From Patescibacteria group bacterium (GTDB taxonomy: Bacteria > Patescibacteriota > JAQUNI01), in NCBI GenBank assembly GCA_028717685.1, contig JAQUNI010000001.1:1-52305 (forward strand): a DNA stretch of 52,305 bases, given 5' to 3'. How positions within the stretch are numbered: position 1 is the stretch's first letter; each line of letters starts with the position of its first letter. The position numbers and the translations under genes are program-made. The notes below the pieces were generated by a model. That model was not told where the DNA came from and did not search any database. It saw only the letters and a list, made by a program, of their open reading frames with translations. Below, in pieces: positions 8,248-17,460 of this stretch.

Positions 8248-8727
8248 ATGGATTTCAACCAATTTTTTCGCTCAAAAATATTTAAAATTACACTCTTGAC
8301 GATCGGGCTGCTAATCATCATTCTGCTTATTTTCCAAGCAGGAATGCTTGTCGGTTTCAAAAAAGCAGGTTTTTCCTACCGCTGGGGAGAGAATTATCAT
8401 CGTAATTTTGCCGGACCTCGCGGAGGATTCTTTCAAGACTTTGCAGACAAGGATTTTATTGAAGCTCACGGTGTTTTCGGTCCAATTATTAAAATTGACG
8501 GTTCTACCCTTGTTATTAAAGGAGAAAGGGATATAGAGAAAATAATTTTATTGAAAGATGACACCGTAATTAAACATTTTCAAGACACAATCAAACCCGG
8601 CGATTTAAAAATTGACGACCATATTATCGTTATTGGCTCCCCTAATGATGCTGGTCAAATAGAAGCAAAATTAATTCGGGTTTTGCCGCCGCCATCTTCC
8701 GGGATGCCACCACCACCTGGAATGTAA
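8248..8727 (+). CDS. Membrane-anchored protein with a small beta-rich domain and a Pro-rich tail
   Basis: 159 aa. It has an N-terminal TM helix. The C-terminal pattern IIKIDGSTLVIKG...DDTVI...GDLKIDDHIIVIG...IEAKLIRV resembles the domain in ORF 12698..13162. Confidence 0.6.
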   Translation: MDFNQFFRSKIFKITLLTIGLLIIILLIFQAGMLVGFKKAGFSYRWGENYHRNFAGPRGGFFQDFADKDFIEAHGVFGPIIKIDGSTLVIKGERDIEKIILLKDDTVIKHFQDTIKPGDLKIDDHIIVIGSPNDAGQIEAKLIRVLPPPSSGMPPPPGM

Positions 8728-8758
8728 CCGTATTTATTAAAGATTATATATCAAAAAT

Positions 8759-10438
8759 ATGCTGCGAAATTTTTTCAAAATGATATCGCGCCACAAAATT
8801 ATCACAACAATAGTTATTCTTGCGCTAGCAGGCGGTGGCTATTTCGGATATAAGGCATTAAAAGGAAACACAACCGAAACCCGCTATGTTTTGGCAACGG
8901 TTGAAAAAGGAACACTTGTGACATCGGTTACGGGAACTGGACAAGTGTTACCCGTTAATCAAATAGACATTAAACCCAGAGTTGCCGGCGACATAATTGA
9001 TATTAATTTGAAAAGCGGCCAAGCGGTGTCTTCCGGCGAAGTTATTGCCAAACTTGATGTGAGAGATGCTACAAAAGCCGTAAGCGATGCAAAAATAAAC
9101 CTGAATAGCGCAAAACTTGCTTTAGAAAAATTAACATCCTCATCTTTATCAACAAAACAAGATTATGTAGATGCTTATAATACTCTTGAGGGCGCGTTCC
9201 TTAATCTCACTACGAGTATTAACGGAATTGATGATATCTTGCATTATTCTTCTTATATCTGGGGTGATAATGGCAAGGCAGTGGAAGCATTCGGAGGCAC
9301 TGCCACAACATATAGAAAAGACGCGGAACAAAAATATGCCGCCGCGCGCCAAAAATATGATAAAAATTTAAAAGATTATTCAGCTTTAAACCGAGACTCC
9401 GCGATAAGCACTTTAGAATCAGTTTTGGAGGAAACATACAACACGATAGAACTCTCCACGGAAGCGATAAAAAGCACAAAAGTACTGGTGGATTATGTCA
9501 ATAATGAAACTGATCCAAATAATCGCACAACAGCAATGACAGTAGACCAAACGAGTCTTGCGACCTATACAACTAAAGCTGATTCCGATCTTACAGATCT
9601 TTTAGCGGCACAACAGGCAATTAAAGATTCGCAACAGGCAATTAAGGATTCACAAATTGATGTTCAATCGCAACAACTCGCTATTCAACTCAAAGAAAGC
9701 GCGCTTGGAAGTGTCCAAAAGGACCTCCCGAAGTATACTGTTGTCGCCCCGTTTGATGGCGTGATCACAACCGTAAATTCAAAAAAGGGAGACTCTATTA
9801 CCACGGCAACAGCAATTGCCACGCTCATTAGCAAAGAGATGATTGCAGAGGTTACCCTTAATGAAGTTGATATGGCGAAAGTTCAATTAGGTCAGAAGGC
9901 AACGCTCACCTTTGACGCGATTGAAGGTTTAAGCCTCACAGGGGAGGTGGCAGAAATTGACACACTAGGAACAGTAACCCAAGGAGTGGTGACTTACAAT
10001 GCGACAATCGCTTTTGATACGCAAGATAAAAGGATAAAACCCAATATGAGCGTTTCCGCCACGATCATCACTGAAGCAAAACAAAATGTTTTGTTGGTTC
10101 CCAATTCCGCGGTCAAATCTTCAGGCAATAATACAAATTACGTGGAAATGCTTGAACCGACGGTTATTGCGAGCCAACCTGCGGCAGGGAGTGCTGGCAT
10201 TGTCTCAAGGACGCCTCCGAGAGACCAACAAATACAAGTTGGTTTAGTGAATGACACATCCACAGAAGTCATAAGCGGACTCAAAGAAGGCGACCAAGTG
10301 ATTATTCAAACTATCAACACATCAAGTACGCAAAGTACTCAATCGCAAAGTCAAGGTGGTCTATTTCAAGTGCCAGGAGGAGCCAACAGAGGCGGTGGCG
10401 CTGGAATTAGAGGCGCTTCGCAAATCCACGACGATTAA
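8759..10438 (+). CDS. HlyD/MacA-type periplasmic adaptor (membrane fusion protein)
   Basis: 559 aa with an N-terminal TM helix, lipoyl/barrel motifs (GQVLPVNQIDIKPRVAGDI, VVAPFDGVIT) and a long coiled coil. It lies upstream of a MacB-type ABC pair. Confidence 0.85.
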   Translation: MLRNFFKMISRHKIITTIVILALAGGGYFGYKALKGNTTETRYVLATVEKGTLVTSVTGTGQVLPVNQIDIKPRVAGDIIDINLKSGQAVSSGEVIAKLDVRDATKAVSDAKINLNSAKLALEKLTSSSLSTKQDYVDAYNTLEGAFLNLTTSINGIDDILHYSSYIWGDNGKAVEAFGGTATTYRKDAEQKYAAARQKYDKNLKDYSALNRDSAISTLESVLEETYNTIELSTEAIKSTKVLVDYVNNETDPNNRTTAMTVDQTSLATYTTKADSDLTDLLAAQQAIKDSQQAIKDSQIDVQSQQLAIQLKESALGSVQKDLPKYTVVAPFDGVITTVNSKKGDSITTATAIATLISKEMIAEVTLNEVDMAKVQLGQKATLTFDAIEGLSLTGEVAEIDTLGTVTQGVVTYNATIAFDTQDKRIKPNMSVSATIITEAKQNVLLVPNSAVKSSGNNTNYVEMLEPTVIASQPAAGSAGIVSRTPPRDQQIQVGLVNDTSTEVISGLKEGDQVIIQTINTSSTQSTQSQSQGGLFQVPGGANRGGGAGIRGASQIHDD

Positions 10439-10440
10439 TT

Positions 10441-10560
10441 TAACCCCGCTCCCTCCCTCTCCGCCTCCCCCTCGGGCAGGGGGAGAGCCGCTCCCTTCCC
10501 CTTCGAACCCGCTACGCCGACCCGCTACGCCAGAGTGTCAGCGAGGCGAGCAGGAGGAGT
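10441..10560. repeat. Family-B GC-rich repeat element inside the efflux operon
   Basis: The core CTCCCCCT-cgggc-AGGGGGAG (10465-10485) plus GACCGCTCCC is nearly identical to 16122-16150. Confidence 0.8.
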
Positions 10561-10584
10561 AAATTTCGTAATTTAAGGTTTAAT

Positions 10585-11295
10585 ATGATTGAATGCAAAA
10601 ATATAACAAAAATATACCAAAGCGGCACAGTGGAAACAATCGCTCTCAAGGGAATATCATTAACCATTAAAGATGGTGAATTTGTGGCTATCATAGGCCC
10701 TTCTGGTTCAGGCAAATCAACCCTAATGCACATAATAGGAGCGCTGGATACGCCAACAGAAGGCGAATATTTATTTGATGGTGATGATGTTTCCAAACTT
10801 TCTGATGACGAATTAGCCGACATCAGAAAAAATAAAATCGGATTTGTTTTCCAATCATTTAACCTCTTGCCGCGCGCAACCGTTTTGCGCAATGTTGTGT
10901 TGCCGCTCGTTTACGCTGGCATCCCAAAGAGTGAGCGTGAAGCGCGAGCGAAAACCGCGCTCCAAAACGCGGGTTTAAGCGAATCTCACTTTAATCATCT
11001 TTCTAATCAACTTTCAGGTGGACAAATGCAGAGAGTGGCAATCGCGCGGGCGCTCGTCAACAATCCAACACTGATTTTAGCTGATGAACCAACGGGTAAC
11101 CTTGATAGTAAAACTGGTGAAGCTGTTCTTAAAACTTTTCAGAGTCTAAACAAACAAGGCAAAACAATTATTTTAATTACTCACGAAAAATATATCGCAG
11201 AGAGAACGAAACGCATAATTGATATCAAGGACGGAGAAATTATTGAAGATATTGCTACTCATCATTCTAAAACAGCTCAACAAATTCAAGAATAA
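10585..11295 (+). CDS. ABC transporter ATP-binding protein (MacB/LolD type)
   Basis: Walker [10 protein letters not shown], signature [15 protein letters not shown], Walker [13 protein letters not shown]-loop ITHE. Confidence 0.95.
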   Translation: MIECKNITKIYQSGTVETIALKGISLTIKDGEFVAIIGPSGSGKSTLMHIIGALDTPTEGEYLFDGDDVSKLSDDELADIRKNKIGFVFQSFNLLPRATVLRNVVLPLVYAGIPKSEREARAKTALQNAGLSESHFNHLSNQLSGGQMQRVAIARALVNNPTLILADEPTGNLDSKTGEAVLKTFQSLNKQGKTIILITHEKYIAERTKRIIDIKDGEIIEDIATHHSKTAQQIQE

Positions 11296-11300
11296 AAAAT

Positions 11301-12521
11301 ATGTTCATCGCTGATCTATTTCAAGAAACATTTTCGGCTATATTTGTAAATAAAGCACGTTCGGGACTTACTATGCTTGGTATTGTTATTGGCATTGGTT
11401 CAGTGATCGCGATGATCTCTATTGGCCAAGGAGCGCAAGGTTCAATTGAATCCAGCATCCAATCAATCGGATCAAATCTAATATTAATTATGCCTGGATT
11501 TCAAAGAGGATTCAGCCAAGTTAGCTCCGGGCGCGGCGCGGCAACAACTTTAACCCAAGCCGATGCCGATGCCATCCAAAAAGAAATTACGCTGACGAAA
11601 GCTGTTGCTCCGGAAATCTCAAGAAGATATCAAGTAACCGCGAAGGGTAAAAATACCAACACGCAAATTGTGGGAACCGTCGCAGTATATCCAGAAGTGC
11701 GCAATATTCAAATTGACAATGGTTCATTTATTTCTGATCAAAATGTGGTTGGTTTATCTAAAGTAGCTGTGCTCGGCCCTACGACAAGAGATGATCTTTT
11801 CGGAGAAGGCACAAACCCCATCGGAGCAAGTATCCGCATCAACCACGTGGATTTCAAAGTGATCGGCGTTACTAAATCCAAAGGGGGTAGCGGCTTTGGC
11901 AGCCAAGATGATGTGATTTTCGTGCCCCTTTCCACAGCCCAACGGTTTCTCGCGGGCGATACTTACGTGACCACAATCAGCGTGGAAGCAATGGACCAAA
12001 ACTCTATGGTTACCATTCAGCAGGAAATCAGTGATTTATTGCTCCAAAGACATAATATATCTGATCCCCAGCTCGCCGACTTTCAAATATTAAATCAGCA
12101 GGATATTGTGCAAACCGCTTCAACAGTGACAAACACTTTTACAATGCTCCTTGCTTCCATAGCTGGTATCTCTCTTATCGTGGGCGGCATCGGCATTATG
12201 AATATGATGCTCACGACCGTCACGGAACGGACGCGGGAAATCGGATTGCGCAAAGCCATTGGCGCCAAAAAGAAAGACATTAATCTTCAATTTCTGACTG
12301 AAGCTATTATGCTTACATTTATAAGCGGAATAATTGGGGTCTTCTTGGGGTGGCTGGTCTCTTTAATAATTTCTCATTTTGGTGGTATTGCGACACAAAT
12401 TTCACTATCTTCAATCATCTTGGCATTTGGCGTGTCAGCCGCTATCGGAATTATCTTTGGTTATTACCCCGCCCGCCGTGCCGCGGGACTAAATCCTATA
12501 GAGGCGCTGCGCTATGAATAA
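11301..12521 (+). CDS. ABC transporter permease (MacB/FtsX type)
   Basis: 406 aa with an N-terminal TM helix, a large periplasmic domain and a C-terminal FtsX domain (ERTREIGLRKAIGA...NPIEALRYE). Confidence 0.95.
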   Translation: MFIADLFQETFSAIFVNKARSGLTMLGIVIGIGSVIAMISIGQGAQGSIESSIQSIGSNLILIMPGFQRGFSQVSSGRGAATTLTQADADAIQKEITLTKAVAPEISRRYQVTAKGKNTNTQIVGTVAVYPEVRNIQIDNGSFISDQNVVGLSKVAVLGPTTRDDLFGEGTNPIGASIRINHVDFKVIGVTKSKGGSGFGSQDDVIFVPLSTAQRFLAGDTYVTTISVEAMDQNSMVTIQQEISDLLLQRHNISDPQLADFQILNQQDIVQTASTVTNTFTMLLASIAGISLIVGGIGIMNMMLTTVTERTREIGLRKAIGAKKKDINLQFLTEAIMLTFISGIIGVFLGWLVSLIISHFGGIATQISLSSIILAFGVSAAIGIIFGYYPARRAAGLNPIEALRYE

Positions 12522-12569
12522 TACAAAATTTTAATTCTTAATTTTTGATTTTTAACTAACTCTTATTTG

Positions 12570-12598
12570 CCCTGTTAGAAATAAATTTCTAAACGGAG
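12570..12598 (-). repeat. Family-A palindromic repeat (inverted orientation)
   Basis: CCCTGTTAGAAATAAATTTCTAAACGGAG, about 50 nt downstream of the permease stop. Confidence 0.8.
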
Positions 12599-12697
12599 TC
12601 AGAGAATGAGGTTCCCCCAATGGAGTTTGCTTAATTTTTATTGACATTATAAATAAGATAATAATTTAATAACTTAATAAAAAATAACCAAAAAATT

Positions 12698-13162
12698 ATG
12701 ACTACAGAAAATTTATCAAAAACATCTAACGGGATAAAAAAAATATTGCCTATGGTGATTTTGCTGATATTGGTTATTGGTGGCGGAACTTTTTACGGAG
12801 GAATGAAATATAGTCAAAGCAAGAGAGGTAATCCAAACTTCGGAAATCTTTCACCAGAACAACGTCAGCAACTCGGCGCGAACGCGAGAGGAGGATTAAG
12901 ATCAGGAAATCAGGGAAGAGATAATTTTACTGCTGGAGAAATCATTGCTAAAGATGATAAAAGCGTAACCGTTAAACTCAGTGATGGCGGTTCAAAAATT
13001 ATTTTCTTTTCGGATTCTACTGAAGTTGTAAAATCGGTGAGCGGCGCTGCAAGCGACTTAGAAATCGGTAAGACAATTACCGTAAATGGCACAGCGAATC
13101 AGGACGGCAGTATGACCGCCCAATCAATTCAGCTAAGACCGGCAAATCCACCTACTCCCTAA
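12698..13162 (+). CDS. Membrane-anchored/secreted small beta-domain protein
   Basis: 154 aa with an N-terminal TM helix. The C-terminal pattern GEIIAKDDKSVTVKL...STEVVK...DLEIGKTITVNG...MTAQSIQL is similar to ORF 8248..8727. Confidence 0.6.
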   Translation: MTTENLSKTSNGIKKILPMVILLILVIGGGTFYGGMKYSQSKRGNPNFGNLSPEQRQQLGANARGGLRSGNQGRDNFTAGEIIAKDDKSVTVKLSDGGSKIIFFSDSTEVVKSVSGAASDLEIGKTITVNGTANQDGSMTAQSIQLRPANPPTP

Positions 13163-13192
13163 TATGGAAACAAAAGCAAGTATACGGGGAAT

Positions 13193-13226
13193 AAATCCCG
13201 CGTTAATTTTGATGCGGGATTTTTAT
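13193..13226 (+). terminator. Intrinsic terminator
   Basis: AAATCCCGC - 12-nt loop - GCGGGATTT followed by a T-run. Confidence 0.7.
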
Positions 13227-13440
13227 AATCGGAAATAAAAAAAGGTAATTAACTTTTGTTTGTTAATTACCTTAAATAATAATTTCACTATCACGCCGGC
13301 CGGACGTCCGTCTTTACAGGTACTTTCTTTTCAGCTTCTTGAACAGCTTTTAGGATTTCATCGAGTCCTGCTTCTCCCTTCTGCACCACCTGACAGCCCA
13401 TATTTGTTATCTCCTCTAAGACTTCTGAGTCGTCAACCAC

Positions 13441-15993
13441 TTATCCCGCTTTCTTCTTCATTTTAATCTGAACACCTTTCACCGCGATCTTCTCTTTTAA
13501 ATTAACAACTTTTTTCTTCTTTATCTCTTTGATGGGTTTATCCGAGACTAGGGCTTCATTTAAAACCTGATCCATATTGGAAACGGGGATGAATTTTAAT
13601 TCAGCTCTCGCTTCTTTCGGAATTTCATTTAAGTCCTTTTGGTTATCCTTGGGAATAATGACCACTTTAGCTCCAGCCCGATGGGCGGCTAAAGCTTTTT
13701 CTTTTAAACCGCCGATTTCCAATGTATTGCCGCGAAGCGTCACCTCACCCGTCATTGCCACCTCTCTCTTCACAGGACGCCTAGAAATAGCGGAAATTAA
13801 GGCGGTGGTAATCGCAATCCCGGCTGATGGTCCGTCTTTAGGAATGGCGCCGGCAGGAACATGGACATGAATATCATTCTTTTGAAAAAAATTCTCATCA
13901 ATTCCCAACGCCCGCGCCTTGCTGCGCGCATAGGAAAGAGCGGCTTGCGCCGATTCCTTCATTACCTCGCCGAGCTGACCAGTCAAAATCAAATTACCCT
14001 TGCCAACCATTGTCGTGGCTTCAATGGACAAAATTTCGCCGCCAGCCTGGGTCCAGGCAAGACCTGTCACCACCCCGATCTCATTTTTTTTCTCGGTCAA
14101 AGAGAGGGCGAATTTGGCTGGCCCAAGGTATTTGCCAAGTTCCGCAAGTTTAATCCGATAGCCTTTTTTCTTACCATTTCCCGCAATCTTGCGCACAATC
14201 TTGCGACACAAAGTGGCAATCTCTCTTTCCAGATTACGCACACCCGCTTCCCGCGTATATTCTGTGATCACCGCCCGAATCACCGCATCATTAATTAGCA
14301 AATCTTTATTCTTCAAACCGTGGGATTTATACAGTTTTGGCAAAAGATGCCTTTTGGCAATGGCGAGTTTTTCATCCTCGGTATACCCGGGAAAATGAAT
14401 CACTTCCATCCGATCACGCAGAGCAGAAGGAATCGTGTCTAAAACATTGGCGGTGGTGATAAACATCGCCTTGGATAAGTCAAAGGGCACTTCCAGATAA
14501 TGATCGGAAAACTCATAATTTTGCTCGGGATCCAGAGCTTCCAAAAGCGCGGAGGTAGGATCGCCGCGAAAATCCTTGCCGACCTTGTCAATCTCATCAA
14601 GCATAAAAACAGGATTTTTCTCGCCTACCGTGTTCATTCCTTGAATGATGCGTCCCGGAAGAGCGCCGACATAAGTGCGCCTGTGCCCCCGAATCTCTGC
14701 TTCGTCGCGAACCCCGCCCAAGCTCATCCGAAAAAATTTTCGGCCAAGCGCGCGCGCAATAGATTTGCCAATAGAGGTTTTACCCGTGCCGGGCGGTCCT
14801 ACAAAGCATAAAATCGGCCCTTTAATCTTGCCGACCATCTTCTGCACCGCTAAATATTCAATGATTCTCTCCTTAATCTTTTCCAAGCCATAATGATCCT
14901 CGGCTAAAATTTTCTCCGCTTTTTTGATGTCAATTTCGGTTTTCGCTTCCCGCGACCAAGGCAAATCAATGAGCCAGTCCAAATAAGTGCGCAGATAAGA
15001 AATTTCCGGCGAAAAAGAAGGCATTTGTTCCATGCGGGCTAATTCTTTCAAAGCGACCTTCTCCACGTTCTCGGGCATCTTTGCCATTTTGATTTTCGCC
15101 TGCAAATCTTCACCCCCCGCGCCCTCTCCTTCGCCCAGTTCTTTCTGAATGCTCTTTAATTGCTCGCGCAAAAACATCTCTTTCTGCATTTTGCCTAATT
15201 CCTTCTGGGTTTTGCGTTCAATTCTTTTCCCTGTTTCCAAAATTTGTTTCTCGCGCGCGAGGTGGCGAGAGAGCAATGCCAATCTCTCCTGAATGCCCAC
15301 AGTCTCTAAAATCTTCTGCCGTTCTTCCAGCGATAAATCTAAATTAAAAACAATAAGATCAATCATCTGATCAGGGGTTTTGGCGTTAAAAATCGCGACA
15401 AGAACATCCAAAGGAACCATCTTGCCCATAGAAATGCATTCTTTGAATTGGGCGAGAATATTCCGAATCAAAGCCTTGACCGCCAGAGTGTTTTTTTCTT
15501 TGGGCTCTAAAACTTTGATCCTCACCTTAAGAAAAGGTGATTCCTGCGCAAGATCCAAAATCTTAGCGCGAGCCATACCTTCTATAATTACCTTTATTGA
15601 ACCGTCCGGCAATAATAAATCTTGAGCAATCATCGCCACCGTGCCCATTTTGTAAATATTTTTCAAAGTCACTCCCCCTATCTCTTCTTTTTTCCCTTCT
15701 TCCTTTTTTGGGGAAATTTGGGTGACAAAAAGGGCAAGGCGATCCTTCTTCACCGCTTCCTCGAGGGCGGCGACGCTTTTTTTCTCGCGAATAATTAAAG
15801 GTAAAACCAGTTTTGGAAAAATCACCGCGTCTTGCACTGCAACCAAAGGCATCACTTTTTTAATTTGGGGTTTTTTAGGGTTAGGGGGATTAATCTCTTT
15901 ACTTTGAAAGTTGAGGCTGAAATCTTCGTTATCTCCCTCAATCTCTCCTTCTTCAGGGTCAATGTCCGCGGGAGCGTTATTTGGATGCATCAT
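13441..15993 (-). CDS. lon: ATP-dependent Lon protease
   Basis: 850 aa with an N-terminal LON domain, AAA+ Walker A GPPGTGKTS, and the protease motif PKDGPSAGIA with the catalytic Ser. The ~47-aa N-terminal extension before MPLVAV may mean a later true start. Confidence 0.95.
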   Translation of the reverse strand: MMHPNNAPADIDPEEGEIEGDNEDFSLNFQSKEINPPNPKKPQIKKVMPLVAVQDAVIFPKLVLPLIIREKKSVAALEEAVKKDRLALFVTQISPKKEEGKKEEIGGVTLKNIYKMGTVAMIAQDLLLPDGSIKVIIEGMARAKILDLAQESPFLKVRIKVLEPKEKNTLAVKALIRNILAQFKECISMGKMVPLDVLVAIFNAKTPDQMIDLIVFNLDLSLEERQKILETVGIQERLALLSRHLAREKQILETGKRIERKTQKELGKMQKEMFLREQLKSIQKELGEGEGAGGEDLQAKIKMAKMPENVEKVALKELARMEQMPSFSPEISYLRTYLDWLIDLPWSREAKTEIDIKKAEKILAEDHYGLEKIKERIIEYLAVQKMVGKIKGPILCFVGPPGTGKTSIGKSIARALGRKFFRMSLGGVRDEAEIRGHRRTYVGALPGRIIQGMNTVGEKNPVFMLDEIDKVGKDFRGDPTSALLEALDPEQNYEFSDHYLEVPFDLSKAMFITTANVLDTIPSALRDRMEVIHFPGYTEDEKLAIAKRHLLPKLYKSHGLKNKDLLINDAVIRAVITEYTREAGVRNLEREIATLCRKIVRKIAGNGKKKGYRIKLAELGKYLGPAKFALSLTEKKNEIGVVTGLAWTQAGGEILSIEATTMVGKGNLILTGQLGEVMKESAQAALSYARSKARALGIDENFFQKNDIHVHVPAGAIPKDGPSAGIAITTALISAISRRPVKREVAMTGEVTLRGNTLEIGGLKEKALAAHRAGAKVVIIPKDNQKDLNEIPKEARAELKFIPVSNMDQVLNEALVSDKPIKEIKKKKVVNLKEKIAVKGVQIKMKKKAG

Positions 15994-16104
15994 TTTTGTT
16001 TTTAGGTTAAATATGGAACTGTGAATTATAAAACTTCCATAAAATCATAAAATATTCCTCCCGCTTAGGGAAGCGAGGGGTCTAGGAGGGCTTCTGAAAG
16101 TTTA

Positions 16105-16190
16105 TCTCCCACCCCTTCCACCTCCCCCTCGGGCAGGGGGAGGACCGCTCCCACCCCCTCTTGCCTCCCCGCTCAGGGCAGTGGGAGTGC
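16105..16190. repeat. Family-B GC-rich repeat element
   Basis: CCTCCCCCTCGGGCAGGGGGAGGACCGCTCCC (hairpin 16122-16142) is shared with 10464-10495. Confidence 0.8.
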
Positions 16191-16266
16191 ATAAGGCTTA
16201 ACTAAATTTATTATAACATATTTCAGAAAATAAAAAAGGGCGGTATGTTTTTCAGAACATATGCCC

Positions 16267-16443
16267 TCAAGACTTTTGAGATCTCTCCTTTCGAAGTTTT
16301 TTTAATTCTTTGATACCGGATACCTCAGGCTTGCCTAATTCCTCCAAGACGCGTTTCCAATATTTATCCCTTTGAAGAATACAACCGCCCCCGCAAAGAA
16401 GACCAAATAAAAAAAATAAAATAGCGGGAAGAATCCATTCCAT
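16267..16443 (-). CDS. Small membrane protein (58 aa), below the ORF-track cutoff as trimmed
   Basis: ATG preceded by AAGGAG. The sequence is MEWILPAILFFLFGLLCGGGC (TM helix) followed by a Lys/Glu-rich tail. Confidence 0.4.
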   Translation of the reverse strand: MEWILPAILFFLFGLLCGGGCILQRDKYWKRVLEELGKPEVSGIKELKKLRKERSQKS

Positions 16444-16444
16444 T

Positions 16445-16621
16445 CTAACACTCCTTTTCATAATAAGGACACACTTTACAAGCATATGATCTTGTTTCAC
16501 TACAATGAAAGCATTCGGGCGGATCCGTATAATGCGGAGCATTTTTTATCCCTCGCCAAAGAGGATAAACTATAACCACAAACAAAAAAAAGGCTATAAG
16601 AATACTGAAAAGCATCCTCAT
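16445..16621 (-). CDS. Small membrane protein (58 aa) with CxxC...CxxC tail, absent from the ORF track
   Basis: ATG preceded by AGGAGG. The sequence is MRMLFSILIAFFLFVVIVYPLW (TM helix) followed by ECFHC...CKVC. The stop lies 1 nt before the next small ORF. Confidence 0.4.
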   Translation of the reverse strand: MRMLFSILIAFFLFVVIVYPLWRGIKNAPHYTDPPECFHCSETRSYACKVCPYYEKEC

Positions 16622-16636
16622 TCAGTACACCTCCTA

Positions 16637-17452
16637 TCATTGAATAATTATCACCGCTTTCCTTCCCTGTTCTATTTTCTCTTTCGTCCCAGGGAAATCG
16701 TGAATCGCGTTATATAATACATCGTAAGGATAGAAGTAATGTTCACCGCGCCGCGTGCCGGGGTCATTAGCGATAAATCCCTTTTCATTAAAACCAATCA
16801 AAACTAAATTGTGATATAAAGGACCGGGTGGGGTAAAATAAGGATTATAGAGAAGGCGGCCCGCTGCCGGAACAATAACGGGATTACCAGCCGCAATTTC
16901 TCTTTTTAAGCTAGAAATACTAATATCATAGCTTACCCTTACTTTTTTGTAATGATAACACTCTTCTGCCAATTTAGCAATACCCTCGGCATCACTATCT
17001 TTGTAATCGCCATAATGCTTAATCTGGAACTCAATGAGCGCGTCCAGCTCCTGCCGCATTAACTCTTTGGTTAAAACTTTCTTTTGCCGAAAATAATGAA
17101 CCATCACGATACTCGCTTCTTCGCAGGATTCCTCGTCGCGTTCGTCCCACTTGCTATAAGGGGATTGGGAAGCGAAGGGCACATCTAATAGAAATTCCGA
17201 AGGTATTTTCTCTTCTTCACGGGGGATCTTTGCTGACGCAAGGGGCAAAGAACCTTGAGGCAAACTACTCGTGTCTTTTTGCTCCTTTACCTCCATAGTC
17301 TCAGGGGTTGAGGGCAAATCACTATTGTGTTGCGCGGATTGCTGTACTTCTAAAAATTCTACCTCCACCCTACTCCAATATAAAATAAACCCCGCGGCAA
17401 TAATGCTCAAGGTTAAAACTAGGAAGATGCTTTTCTTAGGTGAAATAATCAT
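16637..17452 (-). CDS. Secreted peptidase C39-like domain protein
   Basis: 271 aa with an N-terminal TM/signal anchor. VPFASQSPYSKWDERDEESCEEASIVMV matches the C39-like (papain-fold) motif context, and a later ...HNLVLIGF... supplies the His. Confidence 0.7.
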   Translation of the reverse strand: MIISPKKSIFLVLTLSIIAAGFILYWSRVEVEFLEVQQSAQHNSDLPSTPETMEVKEQKDTSSLPQGSLPLASAKIPREEEKIPSEFLLDVPFASQSPYSKWDERDEESCEEASIVMVHYFRQKKVLTKELMRQELDALIEFQIKHYGDYKDSDAEGIAKLAEECYHYKKVRVSYDISISSLKREIAAGNPVIVPAAGRLLYNPYFTPPGPLYHNLVLIGFNEKGFIANDPGTRRGEHYFYPYDVLYNAIHDFPGTKEKIEQGRKAVIIIQ

Positions 17453-17460
17453 TAAAAAAA

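Noticed and set aside
9611-9652. In-frame tandem duplication of 21 nt (QQAIKDS x2) in the HlyD adaptor
   Set aside because: The duplication is real (19/21 identity), but it is a trivial expansion within a coiled-coil segment and has no evident functional signal.
10356-10562. 68-aa Pro/Gly-rich ORF between the adaptor and ATPase genes
   Set aside because: It is a translation of the family-B GC-rich repeat, and a near-identical DNA copy lies at 16105-16190 in a different context.
13291-13401. 36-aa minus-strand ORF (MGCQVVQKGEAGLDEILKAVQEAEKKVPVKTDVRPA) just downstream of lon, with a GGAG-type RBS
   Set aside because: It is too short and unsupported to call without conservation data. It may be worth a tblastn check.
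13577-15907. Series of plus-strand ORFs (13577..13870, 13861..14298, 14189..14398, 14500..14811, 14675..14893, 15380..15625, 15722..15907)
   Set aside because: All lie antisense inside the well-supported lon gene. They are shadow ORFs.
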